Source of the DNA: Octopus bimaculoides
Lineage: Eukaryota
NCBI RefSeq assembly: GCF_001194135.2
Contig: NC_069001.1
Coordinates: forward strand, 22,893,353 to 22,941,755
Direction: 5' to 3'
Length of the DNA stretch: 48,403 nt
Each line of letters opens with the position of its first letter. The stretch's first letter is position 1. Below the pieces are notes generated by a model that made no database searches, had not been told where the DNA came from, and worked only from the letters and a program-made list of their open reading frames with translations. The translations under genes and the position numbers were made by a program. This document shows positions 33,753 to 46,140 of this stretch, piece after piece.

Positions 33753-35527
33753 TATTTTTGTTATTTTGAGGTTTAAGAAGGGTGGCCAGTCCCACTCAAA
33801 AATTGGTTGAGAGGAAGTTATCTCTGAAAAGTCAAGAGGAGATGAATAATGCCTTTATTGATTATATCATAAATATAGACCTGCGCTTTGTGCCTTGCTC
33901 TAGTCTTTATTTGACCAATTTGGTGAATGCCTACATTATCTTTGTCACCTACCACTGCCTGACTGTCTCACCTTGCCTGCTCTTCCAAATATTGTAGAAG
34001 AGATGCAATCCACAGGTCAGGTGCTCTATGTGTTGTCAACACCTGGTGATTAAATTACTGAGCATATTATGGCTGATGATGGGCACACATACACTGAGGC
34101 TACAATGTCTCCAAGGACCCCTTAATGGTGAACAGATGTAGCTGCCATTTGTCAGAGGCATATTTCTATAGCTTGTCTCTTTGACAAGACTACAATTCTA
34201 GGTCAAGTAAAGGTGAAAATAAGGCATTTGGCACCTGGAGTTTTGTCAAAAACACACTGCTCTCTTTAACAGTTGGACAATGTGGTGCATGGAAGTTTCA
34301 TGTTGACAGGGAAACTCTGCATGTTGAATAAAATCAACAAACTGATCTGTTCCAGAGGACTTTTATACTAGGGTCCATGGATAATTTCCAGAAATTCCTA
34401 GCTTGACATTGCTACCTGGAAGCATTGCCAGTCTGAGAAAACAGTAAAGGAAGTGCCAAGATGTACACAGAGGGACAAAATCATTCTGAATGCACTTGTT
34501 CAGTGCTTGAGAACTGTTGACTTGTTGGTTTATGTCAAACAGCTGCTGTCACATATATGAATCGATTTTGAAGATTGTCTTGCAACCTTATTGTGACCAG
34601 GAAAGATCAGCAGCCTTTATCCGTTTGGTGGCTTTGGTGCTTAATTTTTTCAAGCTGAGAAGAATCTAAAGCAAATTCATTCTTCGTAGTATTTAAACTC
34701 AGGACAGAAAAATGCAAAAAAAAAACAGTAAGCAACTACCACTAAGCATTTTGTTTGATGCTCTGCACTTTATATTTCAAAGAACATTAATCACTTCCCC
34801 ACTCCTCTGTGTTCCACTCTGCAATGGCCAATCAAATTAACAGCAACATGGCAAGTGTTTTGTCATGAACTGCTCTCTATTGCTGCTGCTGCTGCTGCTG
34901 CTGCTGTTGTTGGTGGTTAACCTCAAGTTAGCTTTGATTTAACAAATCTATGACAGAGTTCAAGTTACAGTCATCACATTCCATTTTTTTTTTAAATCTT
35001 TAAACTATATGTACCCAAGGCTACAATCTTCTCTCTATTCTACTGTGTTCATGATCATATTGAGGGAGAAACTTGGTTGTAATTTCTAGCTGGTCAAACA
35101 ATCACAAAACAAACTTTATTTTTGGCTTGTTTTTGTTTCTCATAATCTCCTTAGAAGTTTGAAATCTAAAGCATCCTGCATCTTTATGAGCAATTATGAT
35201 GATTTAAAGGTCAAATAGAAAATGAATAAATCTACCAACACTTTTCTAGATGTGGGAGATTGTATCCTGTTGTTTGCATTGTATAATAGTAAATGTTGCC
35301 AAGACACTTAACTCTACTTGGCTACAGCTTTATGCCTAATTAAGAAATCATTATTAATCTTCTCATTTAAGCCCTTTTATCTTGTTTATACATGGACTTA
35401 ATGGCTACAAGACATTCATCTCAGATCGATTGGCCGTCACACCTATTCACATTGTATTCGGTCAAATATATTTTCTTGCTCAATAAATAAAGTTGTTTGC
35501 TTTAGCCAACTAAATGCCTGGTTGGGT

Positions 35528-35532
35528 ATGTG

Positions 35533-35588
<56 letters not shown>
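35528..35588. repeat. (TG)n microsatellite
   Basis: Seen directly. Confidence 0.95.
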
Positions 35589-35589
<1 letters not shown>

Positions 35590-35924
35590 ATACAATTGTC
35601 TGTGTGCATTCTTTTTCTGCATGTGTGTTTCAGTGTGTGGATATATATCATGAAGAACATACTATAAAGGAATATACTATAACAATGAATTATCACATTG
35701 CACCTTCATGCATATTTTCACATGTTTTCAGTATCACATACGCGTAAAATAAAGTAAATTGATGCAAAGAAAAAATAGCTTCTTGCTAAAAAAAAAAATG
35801 GCATGCTTCAGAAGCTCACTTTGTAACCACATGATTTTAAGTTCAGTCCTACTGCAGGGCTTTGTAAGTGAATGTGGTGGCAGAAAAGTGTTTGGAAGCC
35901 AGGAAGAAACATTTTATCTTTATT

Positions 35925-36161
35925 TTGTACTTGTCTCAGTCATTAGATTATGGCCAAGCGTGGGCACCACCTTGAAGAATTTTAATTTATTACTTTATTA
36001 CTTTTTAAGCCTGAAACTTATTGCATTGGTCTGCATAGCTGAGTAAACACACCAACATCAGTTGTCAAGTGGTGGTGAGGGACAAACACAGACACAAAGA
36101 CACACACACACATACACACATGTATGACAAGTTTCTTTCAGTTTTCATCTACCAAATCCAT
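35925..36161 (-). mobile_element. SINE family A, partial (tail and middle)
   Basis: ttgtctcagtcatt..ggccaag, aacacaccaacatcagttgtcaag and tttcagttttcatctaccaaatcc. Confidence 0.6.
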
Positions 36162-36592
36162 TTGGAAATGTGCTGTGCGTGAGAAGACCCGGCAAGCCAA
36201 GTAAGATCGTTGCCAGTGCCCCTGGACTGGCTCTTGTGCGGGTGGCACATGAGATGCACCATTTTGAGCATGGCCGTTGCCAGTACCGCCTGACTGGCTC
36301 CCATAGGATTTTCGAGCGAGATCGTTGCCAGTGCCCCTGGACTGGCTTGTGCGGGTGGCACATAAAAGACACCATTTCGAGCGTGGCCGTTTTCGTGTGG
36401 GTGACACGTAAAAGCACCCACTACACTCTCTGAGTGGTTGGCGTTAGGAAGGGCATCCAGCTGTAGAAACTCTGCCAAATTAGATTGGAGCCTGGTGTTG
36501 CCATCCGGTTTCACCAGTCCTCAGTCAAATCGTCCAACCCATGCTAGCATGGAAAGCGGACGTTAAACGATGATGATGATGATGATGATGAT
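36162..36592 (+). mobile_element. RTE-type LINE 3' end: last ORF codons, 3' UTR with duplicated module, (GAT)n tail
   Basis: WKCAVREKTRQAK* (stop 36202-36204). agatcgttgccagtgcccctggactggc unit at ~36204 and ~36320. Confidence 0.85.
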
Positions 36593-36624
36593 ATATATGT
36601 ATGTATGAATGTATGTATAAGTGT

Positions 36625-36852
36625 ACAACACCAGTTGTCAAGAAGTAATAGGGGACAAACAGAGACACAAACACACACACACTAATATATGCATATACAT
36701 TGGGATTCTTTTAGTTGCTGTCTATCAAATCCACTCACAAGGCATTGGTCAGCCCGAGGCTATAGTAGAAGACACTTGCCCAAGATGCCACATGGGACTG
36801 AATCCAGAACCATGTGGCTAACAAGCAAGCTTCTTACCACACAGCCATGCCT
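36625..36852 (-). mobile_element. SINE family A
   Basis: caaatccactcacaaggc..gaggctatagtagaagacacttgcccaag..gggactgaa..cttaccacacagccatgcc. Confidence 0.8.
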
Positions 36853-37129
36853 ACACATCTGTATGTATGTATATTTATATATATATGTATGTATGAATGT
36901 ATGTATAAGCTGAAGCCCTAAGAGTAAGAATGAAAAGAAACCAGTGAATGTTTTATGAGGCCTTTAGGATTAATAAATGTCAACATCACAACAAGCCTAA
37001 TCTAATCTGAAATTACATATAATAGAAATAATAGAACTGTTTTACTAATCTGTCGGGTTTTCATCAACAATCATTATTTTGCTCATTCCAAGGATAATTT
37101 GATTATTATTTTGAAAGGAGGATGGAAGC

Positions 37130-37291
37130 AAAAATAATAATAGCAATAATAATAATAATAATAATAATATAATAATCATAATCATAATCATAATAATGAT
37201 AATAATAATTAAGTATAATAATCAGAATACAAATAATAATATAATGATTGTAAAGATAAGGATGATGATGATAATAATCTTCATCATCATC

Positions 37292-37336
<45 letters not shown>

Positions 37337-37500
37337 GTTGGTTCAGTATAATAATCATAATACAGAAAATAATATTATGATCATTGTAATGATAATGATG
37401 ATAATCATGATAATGCTTATCATAATAATAATAATTGTTTGAATATAATAATCATAATACAGAAAATAATATTATAATGGTTATAATAATAATGGTTGAC
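37130..37500. repeat. (AAT/GAT)n compound tract with three ~33-bp higher-order units
   Basis: tataataatca(t/g)aataca(g)aa.ataatat at ~37213, ~37346 and ~37443. Confidence 0.8.
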
Positions 37501-37723
37501 AAAAAGAAATAATGAAATCTTTCTGTATGAATTATGAATTATTGTTTACGAACATCGTTAGCTCATCTAATAAATATCTAATTGGGGAATGGGTTGGAAA
37601 TAATATGAGCAATAACAGTATTTTAGTAATGGATACAATAACAAGACGATGACAAACAGTTGCGACTATGCATCTCCGTTAAGAGTATCAGCCCCCATCA
37701 TTGTCTTTTATGACTAATATCAA

Positions 37724-37874
37724 CAGGCATGGGTATGTGGTAAGAAGTTTGCTTCCCAATCACATGATTCTGGGTTCAGTCCCACTGTGTGACACCCTGA
37801 GCTGGTGTCTTCTACTATAGTCTCAAGCTGACCAAAGCCTTGTCAGTGAATTTGGTAGCTGGAAACTGAAAGAA
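37724..37874 (+). mobile_element. SINE family A, 5' half (head and CORE-like region)
   Basis: aggcatgggtatgtggtaag..gggttcagtcccactg..gtgtcttctactatag..ggaaactgaaagaa, then (TA)n. Confidence 0.75.
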
Positions 37875-37952
37875 ATATATATATATATATATGTATATGT
37901 ATATATATNNNNNNNNNNNNNNNNNNNNNNNNNNNNNNNNNNNNNNNNNNNN

Positions 37953-37987
<35 letters not shown>

Positions 37988-38636
37988 AATACCCTTAGCT
38001 TGACAAGTAGTCTATGGTATACACCTCACTTGGATATTTACCACTTCTGAGGTTCCACTTGCTATGAAACATATGTAGCCTGGATTTTGTTTACTCCATT
38101 CCTTAACTCTTGTATTCTTATTCACACACCCAGCAACCTTTGTCACCCACCATGAAATATAAAAAGAATTATTTTCAGTTTATCATACATTGATACAAAA
38201 AAAATGCACAACCATCCATCTCAGTAAACCACTATTGTCCTTGAAAGTTGTTTCTTATATTTACTTTTGATAAGCTTGAAGCTAACTCTCTTCCTACACC
38301 TCAATCTTTAGGTCTTATACACATACATACACATACACACACACACACATATATATATGTGTACATATATATATATATACATATATAGATATGTATATAT
38401 AATAATACAAATAATATGTGAGTATATGCATATATACATACATGTATGTACATACCTACATCTACATGTATATATAGATGCATATCTGGGTACAGGACGT
38501 TGCAAAAAAACGTGGACAAAATGAAGAACAGAACATAAACAGAGTATAGAAAACGCACAGGCCACATAGAGAACATTCCCTTCATCAGCTGCCACCATTC
38601 TAAAACTAAGCATTTCGAAGAGTTAGGGCAGATATA

Positions 38637-38810
38637 TGAGGGGGTACTGTGAAGTTCCTGGCTTAAGGGTATTGCAAAAGGCCTGGTTGAAGGCCCAACA
38701 TTCTGAGTTTTTTTGCAGAGCTTAGAAAAACTGAAGGACCATTATAATAAGTGTGTGAGGGGACTATGTTCAATAAAATCATAATTAACTGGAACTTTTC
38801 AGCACTCCTA
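38637..38810 (+). mobile_element. Mariner-derived MITE (copy 2, internally deleted)
   Basis: TA-TGAGGGGGTACTGTGAAGTTCCTGGC..gcttagaaaaactgaaggacc..ggaacttttcagcactcc. Homologous to 27098-27316. Confidence 0.75.
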
Positions 38811-38811
38811 C

Positions 38812-38997
38812 AACTGCTTGATAACTGGTGTTGGTGTGTTTATGTCCCTGTAACGTAGCAGTTTGGCAAAAGAGACTGATCGAATAAGTACCAGGCTTAA
38901 AAAAAGAGAAAAAAAGACTGTAGTCAATTCATTTGACTAAAAATTACTCAAGGCAGTGCCCCAGCATGGCCACAGTTTAATGACTGTAACAAGTAAA
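38812..38997 (+). mobile_element. SINE family A, 3' half (tail)
   Basis: gataactggtgttggtgtgttt..gaataagtaccaggctt..gcagtgccccagcatggccacagtttaatgactg.aacaagtaa. Confidence 0.7.
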
Positions 38998-39034
38998 GAC
39001 AAAAACAAAAAGAGCCATCAGAATTGTAAACCAA

Positions 39035-39688
39035 TGTGGAAACCTTTCTATGAGGTGAAAGCCTGCAGATGCAAAATCTGGCAAATAAGGTGGGAGCAGA
39101 ACTGATACCATATTGTTTTTGGTGAGAAACTCAAGAGTGAGGGGAGCTCAGTGACAGGGTGCATTGCTGTTGTGAAGAATTCAATTCTTCATGCTCCACA
39201 GATCTGTTTGCCTTCACTGAATGTCCTGCCTTAAATGCTTCAAAACATCACAGTAGAACTCTTGATTGCCAGTCTGGCCCTGGGGGAAGAATTCTGAATG
39301 CACAATACTGCAGATGTCAATAAAAACAATGAGCAGGCTCTTGGTTGAGCTACGGCTGTGTTGCGCATTCTTCACTTGTGTAGATGAAGGACCCTTCCAT
39401 TGTAATGACTGCTGTTTTGTGTCAGGGCTGTACTCAGTGTCTTTGTCACAGACTTACACAAAATTTCATGTTGGATCTTTATTCCTGTCCATGACAAAAT
39501 CGTAGACTACAACATACACATGATCACAAAAACACAAATTTCACAACTTGTGAAGTAAACACAGTGACGTCACTCTGCACACTGCCTCATGAAGGTCACT
39601 GCTAGCCCTCACTCTGCACACAACCATGTGCTGCCATCAGTTGGCATGCTACAGGACCAGTCCAGGAACTTTTCGATGCCACCTTGTA
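39035..39688 (-). mobile_element. Mariner (DD34D-type) remnant with 5' TIR and large internal deletion
   Basis: TIR TACAAGGTGGCATCGAAAAGTTCCTGGACTGG on the minus strand from 39688. ATG at 39492 jumps to SPDTKQQSLQWK..SLLIVFIDI..GQTGNQEFYCDVL..ILHNSNAPCH..PPYLPDFASAGF. Confidence 0.8.
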
Positions 39689-40312
39689 TATAAGGTCATT
39701 TCATCAGCTTGAAACACAAGATATTTCCTTTAAATTTACATCAAATTGTTTTACAAAAGGAAGGACTTATTGGAGCTGTAGTCCTACACATACTCAAAGA
39801 CAAAGTGATTACGGTTGGTATGCATTTGATTATAGGTCTTCTCAGTTGGGACTGACCTCCACAGCAACAGCAACAATGATATCCTATCAATAAAGTTTCC
39901 AATTCTGCTATCAGTATCCACTGTAATGAAGGGGCGATAGATGAATAAAGAAGGAAGAGGTGATGACAAACTAGTAGTGGGAGCATTTCAACTCTGTGTG
40001 AGTATGTGTGTGTATATGTAAAAGGGACGAATGTGAATGTGTGTGTATGTGTATACAATAGAAGTTGGATGGTGAATATTCAACACTGAAAAGAAAAATC
40101 AAACAGCGTTTCAACTCTGTGTGAGTATATGTGTGTATGTGTGTGTGCGTGTACAAGGGAAGTATGTGTGAACCAGCGGTTCTTTCAGTAGCAAATGATG
40201 GTCAATGTCACATCTCAAATGACAGCCACTAGATAACATTTACAAGTGTATTAATTTGATTTACCATCTAAATTTATATCCAAAATACTACAATTAGCCA
40301 TCATATTGCATA

Positions 40313-40424
40313 AAGTACTGTCTGTCTGAGGTCCTTGTTGTGACTTGACAAATAGTACAAACCCCCAGTAGACACAATATCTTCAATCAACAATCTCATG
40401 ATATTGTATACTGTGCGACATCTA
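40313..40424. mobile_element. Foldback/MITE family F, one arm plus loop
   Basis: Reverse complement aligns with 33356-33460. Confidence 0.65.
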
Positions 40425-40482
40425 TAATAATAATAATAATACTAATGATGATAATAATGACATTAATAATAGTTATCCACTA

Positions 40483-41749
40483 GACTTGCAATTTTATGGG
40501 GTGGAGTTAATTAAATCGACCCCGTACTCAACTGGCACTTATTTTAAAGACTCCCAAAAGGATAAACCTTGGTGGAATTTGAACTCAGGAAGTAAGCTGG
40601 AAGAAATCTCGCTAAATATTTTGTCCAGCATGCTAATGGTTCTGTCACTCACTGCCTTCATAATAATAATCCTTTCTTCCATGGTCCTAAGGCCTGGAAT
40701 TTTGCTGATAGGGGTTTAGTTGATTGTCTCAACCCCAAGGCTAAACTGGTACTTATTTTATTGGCTCTGAATGGTTGAAAAGCAAAGTCAACATTGGCAG
40801 AAGTTGAACATAAAATACCACTAAGCATTTTGTCTAACAAATCTGTCAGCACAATACTATGATAATAATAATAATCCTTTCTACTATAGGCACAAGGCCT
40901 GAAATTTGGGAGGAGGGGGACGAGTCGATTACATCGACCCCAGTGCATAGCTGGTACTTAATTTATCGACCCTGAAAAGATGAAAGGCAAAGTCAACCTC
41001 AGCAGAATTTGAACTCAGAACGTAGCAGCAAATGAAATACCACTAAGCATTTTGCTTGGTATGCTAACATTTCTGCCAGCTTACCGTCTTTTTAATAATA
41101 GTTATAATAATGATTTCAAATTTTTGCCACAAGGACAGCTTGTGGGAGGGGATTAAGTCATTTACATCGACCCCAGTGTTTCACTGCTACTTAATTTATC
41201 GACCCTGAAAAGATGAAATGCAAAGTCGACCTCAGCAGAATCTGAACTCAAAATGTAGGGGCAGATGAAATACCACTAAGCATTTCACCAGCTCACTGCC
41301 TTTTTAATAATAATCCCTTCTACTGAAGGCACAAGGCCTTGAAATTTTGGGGAAGGGCACTAGTTGATTACATCGAGCCCCGGTGTTTCACTGGTACTTA
41401 ATTTATTGATGCCAAAAGGATGAAAGGTAAAGTTGACCTCGGTGGAATTTGAACTCAGAATGTGAAGACGGACAAAATATCGCTAAGCATTTTGCCGGGC
41501 GTGCTAACAGTTCTGCCAGCTCTCCACCTTTTTAATAATAATGATGATAATAATGGTTTCAAATTTTGACACCAGGCCAGCAAATTCAGAGAAATAGGTA
41601 AGTTGATTATATTGACCTCAGTGCTCAGCTGGTAATTCATCAACCCCAAAAGGATGAACGGCAAAGTAGACCTCAGCAGAACATAAAGTGGGAAGAAATG
41701 TTGCTAAGCATTTTTCTCAACACAGGAATGATTCTGGCAGCTTCCTGCC

Positions 41750-41794
<45 letters not shown>

Positions 41795-41994
41795 GTAATA
41801 GTAATAAAGATTTCAAATTTTGGCACAAGGTTAGCAGTTTTGGGGTATGAGGTAAGTCAATTACATTAGCCCAGTGTTCAACTGGTACTTATTTTATCGA
41901 CCCTGGCAGCATTTCACCTCAGAACAGGAAAAAGAAAGAAATGCTACTAAGCATTTTTCCCAGCATGCTAATTACTTTACCATCTTGCAACCTT
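40483..41994 (-). mobile_element. Head-to-tail array of seven family-D SINEs separated by (TAA)n
   Basis: Copies at ~40483, 40671, 40875, 41112, 41313, 41556 and 41808. Each has ggcacaagg, ctggtactta and ctaagcattt landmarks (partly degenerate). Confidence 0.85.
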
Positions 41995-42024
41995 AATAAT
42001 AAAAATAATAATATAAGTAGTAGT

Positions 42025-42330
42025 AGTAGATTTCGCTTGCATCAAAATGTCTTCGCAAGCCGAGTTTCTGTTTCCAATGAAGGAGATGACGTTGGCATGG
42101 GTGCCATCCGTCGAAATTAGTTTGATTTCACTTGCCGCAACAGGTCTTCGCAAGCGGGGTTTAGTGTCCAACGTAGGAAGGTACGCATCCTGGCAGAGGC
42201 CTTGGATTTAGGTCTCACTTGGCTTGCCGGGTCTTCTCACGCACAGCATATTTCCAAAGATCTTGGTCAGAAGTCATTACCTCGGTGTGGCCCAATGTTT
42301 GAAGGTCGTGTCTCATCACCTTCGAACATG
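42025..42330 (-). mobile_element. RTE-type LINE 3' end (ORF C-terminus and proximal 3' UTR)
   Basis: HDLQTLGHTEVMTSDQDLWKYAVREKTRQAK*, followed by the UTR module shared with 44340-44472. Confidence 0.8.
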
Positions 42331-42516
42331 TGTATGGATATGTGTACGTGTGTGTGTGTGTGTGTGTGTGTGCGGACATGTGTATGGTTGCATATATATG
42401 TGCACATATTGGCATGTGCGTGCATGCATGTGTATGTATGTATGTACGTACATGTACGCATACACAAATTCTATGAGCGGTTTTTTACTTTCTCCCTTTC
42501 TGGTTTTTTCCCCTTA

Positions 42517-42627
42517 TTTAATGGTCATTCTAATAGCTCTTTTGTTTGTCTTAATAACAGTCATTTCCATAGTAATTTCCCTTTGTTTAACGGTCATTTT
42601 CATAGCATTTTTGTTTGTCTTAATAAC
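42517..42627 (+). repeat. 42-bp direct repeat (42517-42558, 42586-42627)
   Basis: tttaa(t/c)ggtcatt..atagc..ttttgtttgtcttaataac occurs twice. Confidence 0.85.
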
Positions 42628-42702
42628 TGATGAGATGCCGGAGCAGATTTCCGCCCTGACAACCAAGACTCGGAGTTTAATTGTGGCAACCGAATAATTG
42701 TC
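42617..42702 (+). ncRNA. Degenerate hammerhead-ribozyme-like motif (candidate)
   Basis: GTC-ttaataa-CTGATGA-GATGCC..GGCAAC-C-GAATAATTGTC. The CUGAUGA half-core is intact, the GAAA half is altered. Confidence 0.3.
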
Positions 42703-43669
42703 ACATATTATATTACAGATAAGTTCCTCTATTTACATAATATCGAGGTCTCATTCATTCTTCTATTGTCATACTACTACTATTAATATATAAGTCTATA
42801 TATATATATATATATGTATGTATTGGCAAAAGATGCAAGCGTCAGCAAAAATTCAAAACTGAGAATTTGAAAATAAAAACAAATTTCTGAATAGTTGCAC
42901 AGACAATCCCATTTGACTCTGACCATCATAACAACAACAAACAAGTGAGTTTCTCAATGGAAATTTCTAAATTATGATGCTATTGTTCACAAACTGCAAT
43001 ATGATACAAATGAAATGAATAAACTGAGATACCCCCTCATGTATTATGGTATAGATTTTATAACTAGCACCAATTTCTGCTAAAGCAACTTATCATTTAT
43101 TACAATAATGATTCATAAGAATTCAATGCAATTATCTAATATAATTTCTCCAAGCATGTATAGTTGTGGTGGTTTTGTTCACATGTGTATTTTCATTCTC
43201 CAATAACTTTGATAAACAACTTTTGAGAAATTACTTAAATAAAAAAAATTCTTTTATTTTATTCCCTTCAGTAATTTACAATTGAAATGACTGATCTCTC
43301 AGGACAACACTTTGCTTCGGTTCTTTTTCCTATATTAATGAAATGTTTCTTATTAATTATATCCCATCATAGATCAGTTGTCTGTGTATGTATGTAAACA
43401 GGATGGCAATGTGGAAACATACTAACATTAGTTAACAAAACTATTGAACAAATAATAAAAATGAATATAAGAATTTCTGATGATGGGGACAGCGAAGGTT
43501 TCAAAACGATAATGGAATGATGAATTGAGGAATGCTATTGTTCCAAACCAACCCATAAAGGATTAATAAGGACCCGAGAAAAATCTTTAGTAAAAACAAA
43601 AAGATGAAACACATGATTGTCTTTAATAGAACATATTTGAAAGAAACACTGCTTCTAATTTGCACAGAT

Positions 43670-43986
43670 ACGTATACATGTATACATATATGCACGTATG
43701 TATGCATGCATATGTATATGTGTATACGTACATATGCATGTTTGTATGTATATATATATATGCATACATGCATATATATGGATGCAAGTTTGTATGTACA
43801 AACATACATATGTATATATGTATGCATATATGTATATATGTGTATGCATGTTTGTATGTATGTGCATCTATACAAACGTAGGTATGTATGTATATATATG
43901 TATACATGCATGTATGTACATATGTATGCATGCATTTATGTACATATGTATGAGTGTTTGTATTTACAATAACACAAACATATGTA
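43670..43986. repeat. Degenerate (TATG/TACA/TGCA) simple-repeat tract
   Basis: Seen directly; source of the spurious Y/I/H/M/C ORFs. Confidence 0.85.
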
Positions 43987-44472
43987 TCATCATCGTCGTT
44001 TAACGTNNNNNNNNNNNNNNNNNNNNNNNNNNNNNNNNNNNNNNNNNNNNNNNNNNNNNNNNNNNNNNNNNNNNNNNNNNNNNNNNNNNNNNNNNNNNNN
44101 NNNNNNNNNNNNNNNNNNNNNNNNNNNNNNNNNNNNNNNNNNNNNNNNNNNNNNNNNNNNNGCGGTACTGGCAACGGCCATGCTCAAAATGGTGTATTTT
44201 ATGTGCCACCCACACAAGAGCCAGTCCAGGGGCACTGGCAATGATCTCTCTCAAAAGTCCTTACACATGTTGCGGGCACAAGTGCCAGAAAGGCGACGCT
44301 GGGCACAGGTGCCTTCACGATTTCGATTTCGATTTCACTTGAGACGACGTTGGCATGGGTGCCAGTCGTTGAATTTAACCTGATTTCGATTTCACTTGCC
44401 TCAACAGGTCTTCGCAAGTGGAGTTTAGTGTCCAATGAAGGAAGGTACGCATAAGTGGACTGGCTGAGGCCT
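43987..44472 (-). mobile_element. RTE-type LINE 3' UTR copy spanning a gap
   Basis: (ATC)n tail and gtcgtttaacgt left of the gap; UTR modules right of it. Confidence 0.75.
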
Positions 44473-44637
44473 TATGTACATATGTATGTGTTTGTATTTA
44501 TATCTATACAAATGTATGTATGTATATATTTATGTACGTATGTATGCATGCAGATGTCTATATGAATTATGCATGTTTGTATGTATGTATGCGCTTCTGT
44601 ACAAACATATGTATATATGTATGCAAGCATATATGTA

Positions 44638-45880
44638 CAAGGGGTGTTCATTAAAGATTTCCCCTAACCCAATTCTGGTTATTACAGGAAACAGAACTTG
44701 TACAGGTATAATTGTACATGTCTCTGCATGTCACAGTGTAAATTGTAGCTTTCCACTAGTATACGTTTGTCTTTTATGGTTACTTATGTGAACTAAGGTG
44801 TTATAATGGAGGCAGTTGAATGCAGATCAGTGATCAGGTTCTTATACTTGATAGGTCGTGCACCAAAAGAGACTTTTGATGAGATGAAAGAAGTTTATGG
44901 TGACAATGCACCATCATACAACATAGTCAAGCACTGGTATTGCCCATTCAAATGTAGTTTGACATTGGTGGAAACAGCTCCTATTTCTGGACAGCCACAT
45001 TCCGCCATTGATAACAACACCATCCATAAAGTGGAAGCCACCATTTTGGAGGATGGCTGCATAACTATTTGGCAACTAGCCTAAGAAGAGAAGATAAGTA
45101 TAGGGTTTGTGGGAAAATCATTCATAACCATTTGCACGTGCAAAAATCCTTTGTACAATAGATTCCCCAGACGCTCACACCTTTTCAGAAGCAGGAAGGA
45201 GTCAATGTTCCTAGGCTCTTTTGGCAATGTGCTAAGAAAATGAGGAGGACTTATTTGGAAGACTTATCACACAGGATGAAACATGAGTCCATCACTATGA
45301 TTCCAAGACTAAAGTCCATTTGAAGCAATAAAAGCATGATAACTCACCATCTCCAAAGAAGGCCCAGGTCTAATCCTTAGCAGGCGAGGTGATGTTCAGT
45401 CTTTTGGGATCAGCATAGAGTAGTGATTATGGGTATTCTGGCAAAGAGCCCCATGCCATCAAAACAGAGAGGTGTGGCATGCTGACCAAAGGAGTCCACC
45501 TCCTCCAAGACAACATCCCAGTTCACAATATGCATGTTGCCCAGATGAAAGCACACTCCTGCAGCTATGAAATCCTTCCTTATCCTCCTTACTCTCCTGA
45601 CCTCGCATCATCTGACTTCCAACGCTTTCCAACCATAAAGTCTTTTTTGAAAGGAAAACACTTTTTGGATGATGATGAACTTATTTCCAAGATAAAGTCT
45701 TGGCTCCAGATGCAACCTAGCAATTTATACAGATTAGGTCTTCACAGATGCATAAACCAATGGGAGAAATGCATCACCATTGGTGGTGGCTATGTAGAGA
45801 AAGACTAATAACTATGCAAGCTTCGTTGATCCCATTCCTTAGGAAGTGGATCAGTGGAAATCTTTAAAGAACACTCCTTG
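44638..45880 (+). mobile_element. Full-length mariner (DD34D) element, ~1243 bp, decayed transposase 44806-45808
   Basis: 25-bp TIRs with 2 mismatches (44638-44662, 45856-45880) and TA at the 5' side. Motifs MEAVECRSVIRFL, IPRRLTP, QDET, QDN-x-YSPDLASSDF (D34D) and GGYVEKD*. Several stops and frameshifts. Confidence 0.92.
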
Positions 45881-46140
45881 TTTGTATGTATGTATATTTG
45901 TATGTACGTATATTTGTATGTATGTACATCTGTACAAATGTACGTATGTATGTACGTATGCATGTATATATGTATATATGCATGTATGCACATTTGTGTA
46001 TATGTAGTCCATCTGTACAAATGTATATATGTGTGTATGTATGTATGTATGCATACATACATATATATGTATGTATACATATTTGTATGTATCTATACAT
46101 GTATGTATGTATGTATGCACACATGTATATCTGTATGTAT
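45881..46140. repeat. Degenerate (TATG)n tract (continues 44474-44637 on the other side of the mariner)
   Basis: Seen directly. Confidence 0.85.

Noticed and set aside
34055-34125. ADDGHTY resembling a U-box motif
   Set aside because: It is a seven-residue match flanked by stops, lacking the CPI..DPV context; likely chance.
43476-43515. CTGATGATG..GTTTCAAAAC as a further hammerhead
   Set aside because: Stem II is mostly G-U pairs and there is no stem I or stem III complement.
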